Shown: piece by piece, positions 59,232 to 64,000 of the stretch | How positions within the stretch are numbered: position 1 is the stretch's first letter | Layout of the letters: each line of letters opens with the position of its first letter | Assembly: GCA_905480485.1 (NCBI GenBank) | Contig: CAJQQM010000061.1 | Location: forward strand, 3,704-67,703 | DNA from: an uncultured Aureispira sp. | GTDB taxonomy: Bacteria; Bacteroidota; Bacteroidia; Chitinophagales; Saprospiraceae | Reading direction: 5' to 3' | DNA: 64,000 nucleotides | Made by a program: the position numbers and the translations under genes | The notes under the pieces: model-generated | Database searches by the model: none | Told to the model about the DNA's origin: nothing | Seen by the model: only the letters and a program-made list of their open reading frames with translations

Positions 59232-60581
59232 ATGAAATATTTCTCCACATTTTCGCTTACCATTTTTGTAAGTGTAGGTCTTAGTGCTCAATTATTCACC
59301 CTTGATAATGTTCCTATGACAGAAACCCTCGGCGGCAAACCTTCTGCCTGTCCTGTTGATCAATACAAAGTTATCAATGCTGCCAATTCAAATGCTAACT
59401 GTGTTACGTTCACAACAAGTGCTTTCCAAAATGGTGCTGTATGGTCCTGCAACACTTTAAATTTGGCGCAATCGTTTAACGTCAGTTTTGAAATTAATTT
59501 TGGTGCTAACACGAATACCGGTGACGGTATGGCATTCTTACTTCAGGAAGAAGGTGTTCCCCTTGTTATAGGTGGCCGTGCAGGGGGGTTGGGTTATGCT
59601 TTGGGCGATGGACAACAATGTAATTCTTTTCCTTGTCCAATAAGCCCCTCTTTGGCCGTCGAATTTGATACATGGGATAATACGATTGACGGTATCAACG
59701 ACATTGCTTGTCATCATATATCGCTGCAATCCAACGGTATTATGAATGCTGCAAATGCCTTAGTACCCCCGGCCTGCATGCGCTTAGGGGGCCAAGCTGT
59801 TATTGATGGTTTAAATCATAGTGTTTGTATTGCATGGGATCCTGCACTACAGTTATTTACTGTTTTCTTTGATCAGGAATTAATTGTTTCATACATGGGA
59901 AATATTGCCGCCTTATTCTCGACGCCATCCTTGGTGCATTGGGGCTTTACAGGTGCATCCGGTGGGCTTGCGCAGAGTCAATCAATTTGCGATGTATCAA
60001 TGCTCACCAATCTTCAAAGCCCAACATGCGATCCTTTTTTACCCTTAAAATTAGTCGATTTTCAAGCGCATTGCCACGGAGACGAATCCGTCAAGTTGGA
60101 TTGGCGTCTAGAACAGCAACAAGATGGTGCTTTATATACTCTTGAAAAATCTGAAGATGCGATTCATTTTGCAGAGATTGCAGTATTTGAAGATAATGGT
60201 TTAAATTCTAATCTTGTGTATTCATTTGTGGATGATCAAGCATATACTATTGCTTATTATAGAATTAAATATTTATCAGATAATACAATTGACTATTCCA
60301 ATATAATCAACATCAATTGTTCAGGCTTAGAGGATCGCCCAAGCCCTCTAAAGGTATACCCCAATCCTAGCAAGACAGGATACTTGACTATAGATGCTGG
60401 CTTCCAAACGATACAATTTTTAAAAATTTATGATATGAGTGTACATTTATTAGAGGAATTGAAAATTCAGAACGTTAATAAAATAGAATTAGATATCCAT
60501 CATCTTAACGCAGGTTTGTACATGGTTCAAATAATTACGGAAGATCAAAAAAGCTATTGGAAGCACTTTGGAAGGCAATAA
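59232..60581 (+). CDS. Legume (L-type) lectin domain protein with T9SS type A C-terminal domain
   Basis: Signal peptide, GDGMAF, GGLGY, AVEFDTW, WGFTGASGG, LPLKLVDF linker, VYPNPS...AGLYMVQI. Confidence 0.85.
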   Translation: MKYFSTFSLTIFVSVGLSAQLFTLDNVPMTETLGGKPSACPVDQYKVINAANSNANCVTFTTSAFQNGAVWSCNTLNLAQSFNVSFEINFGANTNTGDGMAFLLQEEGVPLVIGGRAGGLGYALGDGQQCNSFPCPISPSLAVEFDTWDNTIDGINDIACHHISLQSNGIMNAANALVPPACMRLGGQAVIDGLNHSVCIAWDPALQLFTVFFDQELIVSYMGNIAALFSTPSLVHWGFTGASGGLAQSQSICDVSMLTNLQSPTCDPFLPLKLVDFQAHCHGDESVKLDWRLEQQQDGALYTLEKSEDAIHFAEIAVFEDNGLNSNLVYSFVDDQAYTIAYYRIKYLSDNTIDYSNIININCSGLEDRPSPLKVYPNPSKTGYLTIDAGFQTIQFLKIYDMSVHLLEELKIQNVNKIELDIHHLNAGLYMVQIITEDQKSYWKHFGRQ

Positions 60582-60672
60582 AAATTAACAAACTATAGAA
60601 TTAAACAATTACAACAACTGTTGATGGTTTTTTTGTGGAGCAGCATAGGAAATAACGATGGTACGAAATGCC

Positions 60673-60713
60673 AAAAAGCCTTCCAATAAATATTTTATTG
60701 GAAGGCTTTTTTT
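60673..60713. terminator. Bidirectional terminator between the convergent lectin and adhesin genes
   Basis: AAAAAGCCTTCCAATAAA-TA-TTTTATTGGAAGGCTTTTT inverted repeat. Confidence 0.85.
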
Positions 60714-60729
60714 GTGAAAATATTTGAGT

Positions 60730-63700
60730 CTAACGTATCAAGGTTAAATCTCCTTTGAAAACTTCAGTAGACCCATCAAAATAGCGTACCGTAATGTAGT
60801 ATACAAAGACACCGGTATTCATTTTCTTGCCATTAAATGTTCCGTCCCATCCATAAGCAGGGTAATTGGGTGGTACGTCTTTGTGATAACAAATAAGTTC
60901 TCCCCAACGATCAAAAACCATGAATTCATCAATAGAAGCAACGGCACCACTACTGTAAAGCATGAAAACGTCGTTGTTTTTGTCTCCATTTGGTGAAAAC
61001 CCATTGGGTACATATACACCATTATCGGTATCTACTTCAATAAATACATCTGCCATACTGATACAACCCTCGTCACCGGTAACTTGTACGATATAATTGG
61101 TAGAAACGGATGGTTGAGCATTAAATTGATAACAATCCGTACAACTTAATCCTGAAGTAGGGGTCCAGCTAATGACCGGATTGGTAGGAGCGTTGATCGG
61201 CAATTGAACATACAAGGGAACAATATCACCAAAAGAAATTTGCATGTCATCTGGTACAGCCAATAAGACAGAATCTGGCTGTGCTATGATTGCTGAAGTA
61301 GTAAAAATACAACCATTCGCATCGCTTACTTCTATGGAATAGTTGCCGGCGGATAAGCCCGTAAATATTCCAGAAGTTTGATTAAATCCTCCATTTAATG
61401 AAAAGAAATAAGGTGCTGTTCCGCCAATTGCTGAAACACTTACAACACCATCGGTATCACCAAAACAGTCTAAGGTATCGCCCATTGCCGATGCAGTCAT
61501 TCTTCCTGGTGATGTAATAAATGTATCTAAGCTTCCAAAACAACCATTCTGATCGGTCACCGTAATGGCGTAGGTGCCCGCAGATAAGCCACTAATAGTT
61601 GAAGTGCTAGTGTTTATCTCACTTATTCCGTTAGACCAGTCAAAGGAATAAGGGCTTATACCTTGTGTTGCATAAACCGATAAAATTCCGTTGCTACCAT
61701 TGTGACAGTCGACATTACTTACTTGGCCCCAATACACCAACAATTCATTGGGTTCATACAAATAAAATGAACTAATTTCTTCACATCCATTTTGATCGGT
61801 CACCGTACACCAAAATAGAACATTGGGCTCTAAATTGCTAATCGATGCCTGATTGCTATTAGAAATAGACCAGCTATAGCTCAAAGGAGGGGTACCACCA
61901 CTAGCATTAACAGTTGCGGTACCGTCATTGTACCCATAACAGCTTATATCACTACTGTTTGTTGAAACGACAATTGCATTAGGATTATCTATGTAAACGG
62001 AGTCTAAGATGGTACAGCCATTATTATCAATGACTTGTAAAGTGTTCCATCCAACGCTAAGGTAGCTTGGAATACTATCTGAATAGGCTGAGTTATTGTT
62101 CCACATTAGAGAATATGGAGGGCTGCCTCCGCCAATTAAAGGAGTTGCAGAACCATTTTGATTGTTGTGGCAATTGATATCAGTGACATTAATAAAGCTT
62201 AAGACAAGGGGTGAAGCCTGTGTTGCTAATTGTTGGAAAACAGCTTGGCATCCGGCAGCGTCTGTCACCGTTACCGTATACATCCCTGCTGTCAATCCAG
62301 TTGCTGTATTATTTGTTTGACCATCCGACCAATTATAGGCATAAGGACTATTTCCTCCGGAAGCTTGAATACTCAAAGACGCGTCATTCCCCCCATAGCA
62401 ACTTGCCGGAATCTCCGAGTTGTTTAGTAGACCAATAGCAATTGGTTCATAAATAATAATAGAAGCGGTCGCACTGCATCCGTTGGCATCGCTAACACTT
62501 ACTTGATATTGACCCAATGCTAAATTGTTATTCAAGGCAGTAGTAGTGCCATCTGACCAGAGATAATTAAAGGGGGCGGCCCCTTGAAGACTGTCAACAA
62601 GGGCAGCGCCATCTGTTCCACCAAAACAACTAACGGATTGTATCAAGTTCAATTCAAAGCTTAAAGGGATAGCTTGATTTAAGACGACAGATGCTGTATC
62701 GGTACATCCATTCGCATCGCTAACCGAAACCCAATAAAAGTTAGGGCCTAAACCCGAAGCAAGGGCAGTAGTTTGTCCATCTTGCCACCAATAGGTATAA
62801 GGAGGTGTTCCACCTTGTCCAGAAGCTGTAGCCTGACCATCGTTAGCGCCAAAGCAACTAATAGCTTGGCCATTATAATTTGAACTAATGAAAGAGGCAG
62901 CCTGTAGTGGATTAGGATTGCTAAGAAGTATAGAAATGCTGTCTTCGCAGCCATTGAAATCGGTTACGGTTAGGTGGTAGGTTCCGGCAGCCAAACCTGT
63001 CAATGTATTGGTAAGTTGCCCGTTTGACCAACTGAAACTATAGGGTGTATTACCACCACTAGCAGCAGCTAGCAAGGACCCATCTAAAGCCCCAAAACAA
63101 CTTATATTACTTCCGTTGTAATCTGAAGTGATTTGTGCCGTAGATACTAACATTGTTGGTTCTTGTACAGTATCCAAGCCAACTATCGAACATGCATTTG
63201 CATCACTAACAGTAAGCGTGTAGCTTCCAAACGAAAGACCCGATGCAATTGCATTCGTTTGTCCATTCGACCATAGATAATTGTAACTTGGACTACCACC
63301 GCTGATTTGAGCATTTAGGCTACCATCCAAACCACCTGCACAGCTAACAGGCTGACTACTAAAAGATAGATTAAGACTGCTTGGCTGAAAGACCGAAACT
63401 TGTGTATCGAAAAAACAGCCGTTGGCATCGCTAATTGTCAGGAAGTGAACGCCTGCATTGAGGGCGGTAGCCGTTGCAGTACTTTCGCCATTGTCCCACA
63501 AATAAGTGTAAGGAGCAATTCCACCAGAAGGGTTAGATGCTACGACAGCATCGGAAAGACCATTACAACTTACTGCCTGAAGGATAACTAGACTATCAAA
63601 AAGCGGGGCAGGTGCGATTAAAGAATCCGTATCCATGGTCCAACAGCCATTAGCATCAACAACGGTGACAGCATAATTGCCGGCCTCTAAACCAGATACT

Positions 63701-64000
63701 GTAGCCGTGGTTTGTCCATCCGACCATAGATAACTATAGGCACCGGTACCTCCGGTTGCATTAATTGTGGCGATTCCATCGTTTCCGTTAGGACAACTTA
63801 CGTTAAAACCATTGTAGTTTGAGAGTAGATTTATTGAAAGTAAAATTTGATCAGGATGCATCAGCGTAACACTATCTTCAATTTGGCAACCTGCTGCATC
63901 TGTGATAGTTACGGGGTAGGTGCTCGCCTGAAGCCCAGTTATGGAATCCGTAGTTTCTCCGTTAAACCAACTATAACTGTAGCCTGGAGTTCCTCCAAAA
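60730..64000 (-). CDS. SprB-repeat adhesin with gliding-motility type B C-terminal domain; 5' end lies beyond the window
   Basis: Repeated GG..PY.Y.WS.GQT...A.GL..G.Y..TV.DANGC units; CTD VYVPNGFSPNGD.NND.F...FDRWGE...GWDGTFNG...KGDLTLIR. The frame stays open from 63861 to 63999 (FGGTPGYSYSWFNG...). Confidence 0.92.
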   Translation of the reverse strand, partial: FGGTPGYSYSWFNGETTDSITGLQASTYPVTITDAAGCQIEDSVTLMHPDQILLSINLLSNYNGFNVSCPNGNDGIATINATGGTGAYSYLWSDGQTTATVSGLEAGNYAVTVVDANGCWTMDTDSLIAPAPLFDSLVILQAVSCNGLSDAVVASNPSGGIAPYTYLWDNGESTATATALNAGVHFLTISDANGCFFDTQVSVFQPSSLNLSFSSQPVSCAGGLDGSLNAQISGGSPSYNYLWSNGQTNAIASGLSFGSYTLTVSDANACSIVGLDTVQEPTMLVSTAQITSDYNGSNISCFGALDGSLLAAASGGNTPYSFSWSNGQLTNTLTGLAAGTYHLTVTDFNGCEDSISILLSNPNPLQAASFISSNYNGQAISCFGANDGQATASGQGGTPPYTYWWQDGQTTALASGLGPNFYWVSVSDANGCTDTASVVLNQAIPLSFELNLIQSVSCFGGTDGAALVDSLQGAAPFNYLWSDGTTTALNNNLALGQYQVSVSDANGCSATASIIIYEPIAIGLLNNSEIPASCYGGNDASLSIQASGGNSPYAYNWSDGQTNNTATGLTAGMYTVTVTDAAGCQAVFQQLATQASPLVLSFINVTDINCHNNQNGSATPLIGGGSPPYSLMWNNNSAYSDSIPSYLSVGWNTLQVIDNNGCTILDSVYIDNPNAIVVSTNSSDISCYGYNDGTATVNASGGTPPLSYSWSISNSNQASISNLEPNVLFWCTVTDQNGCEEISSFYLYEPNELLVYWGQVSNVDCHNGSNGILSVYATQGISPYSFDWSNGISEINTSTSTISGLSAGTYAITVTDQNGCFGSLDTFITSPGRMTASAMGDTLDCFGDTDGVVSVSAIGGTAPYFFSLNGGFNQTSGIFTGLSAGNYSIEVSDANGCIFTTSAIIAQPDSVLLAVPDDMQISFGDIVPLYVQLPINAPTNPVISWTPTSGLSCTDCYQFNAQPSVSTNYIVQVTGDEGCISMADVFIEVDTDNGVYVPNGFSPNGDKNNDVFMLYSSGAVASIDEFMVFDRWGELICYHKDVPPNYPAYGWDGTFNGKKMNTGVFVYYITVRYFDGSTEVFKGDLTLIR

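Noticed and set aside
1-64000. CRISPR arrays, tRNA/rRNA/tmRNA/RNase P genes, IS elements, integrases or prophage genes
   Set aside because: No regularly spaced direct repeats, conserved RNA signatures or transposase/integrase motifs were seen by eye; an Infernal/tRNAscan run would be needed to exclude small RNAs fully.

Overview
AT-rich Bacteroidota chromosomal segment. Evidence for this: TAnnTTTG promoter boxes, A-rich leaders without Shine-Dalgarno sequences, type IX secretion C-terminal domains, and SprB-, PorE- and TamL-like genes. Gene content and style suggest Saprospiraceae (Aureispira/Saprospira-like), which is an inference. About 47 CDSs are present. Most are housekeeping genes (ribH, rluE, rpoN, trmD, lepB, cdaA, dapF, glpD, trmN6, pckA, aminotransferase) or envelope and secreted proteins (C25 gingipain-like protease, PorE-like and OmpA proteins, TamL, L-type lectin, SprB-repeat adhesin), and there are many peptidases. 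I saw no tRNA, rRNA, CRISPR array, transposase or integrase. Four elements stand out. (i) A tandem pair of YodC/DUF2158-like genes at 53796-54891, one ending in a ~163-residue tail made almost only of Asp and Leu, abutting trmN6. (ii) An apparently inactivated HEPN-like protein with a duplicated acidic tail (11958-13106). These three proteins all end in acidic-plus-aromatic C-termini. (iii) A two-gene orphan operon at 30077-32616 encoding signal-peptide-less proteins with 11-residue amphipathic repeats; one has a long amphipathic beta-strand region, making it a candidate injected or pore-forming effector. (iv) A membrane-anchored TPR-CHAT caspase-like protease and a GH20-like secreted protein without an obvious catalytic Asp-Glu pair. 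All family calls come from motif recognition by eye; no database search was run.
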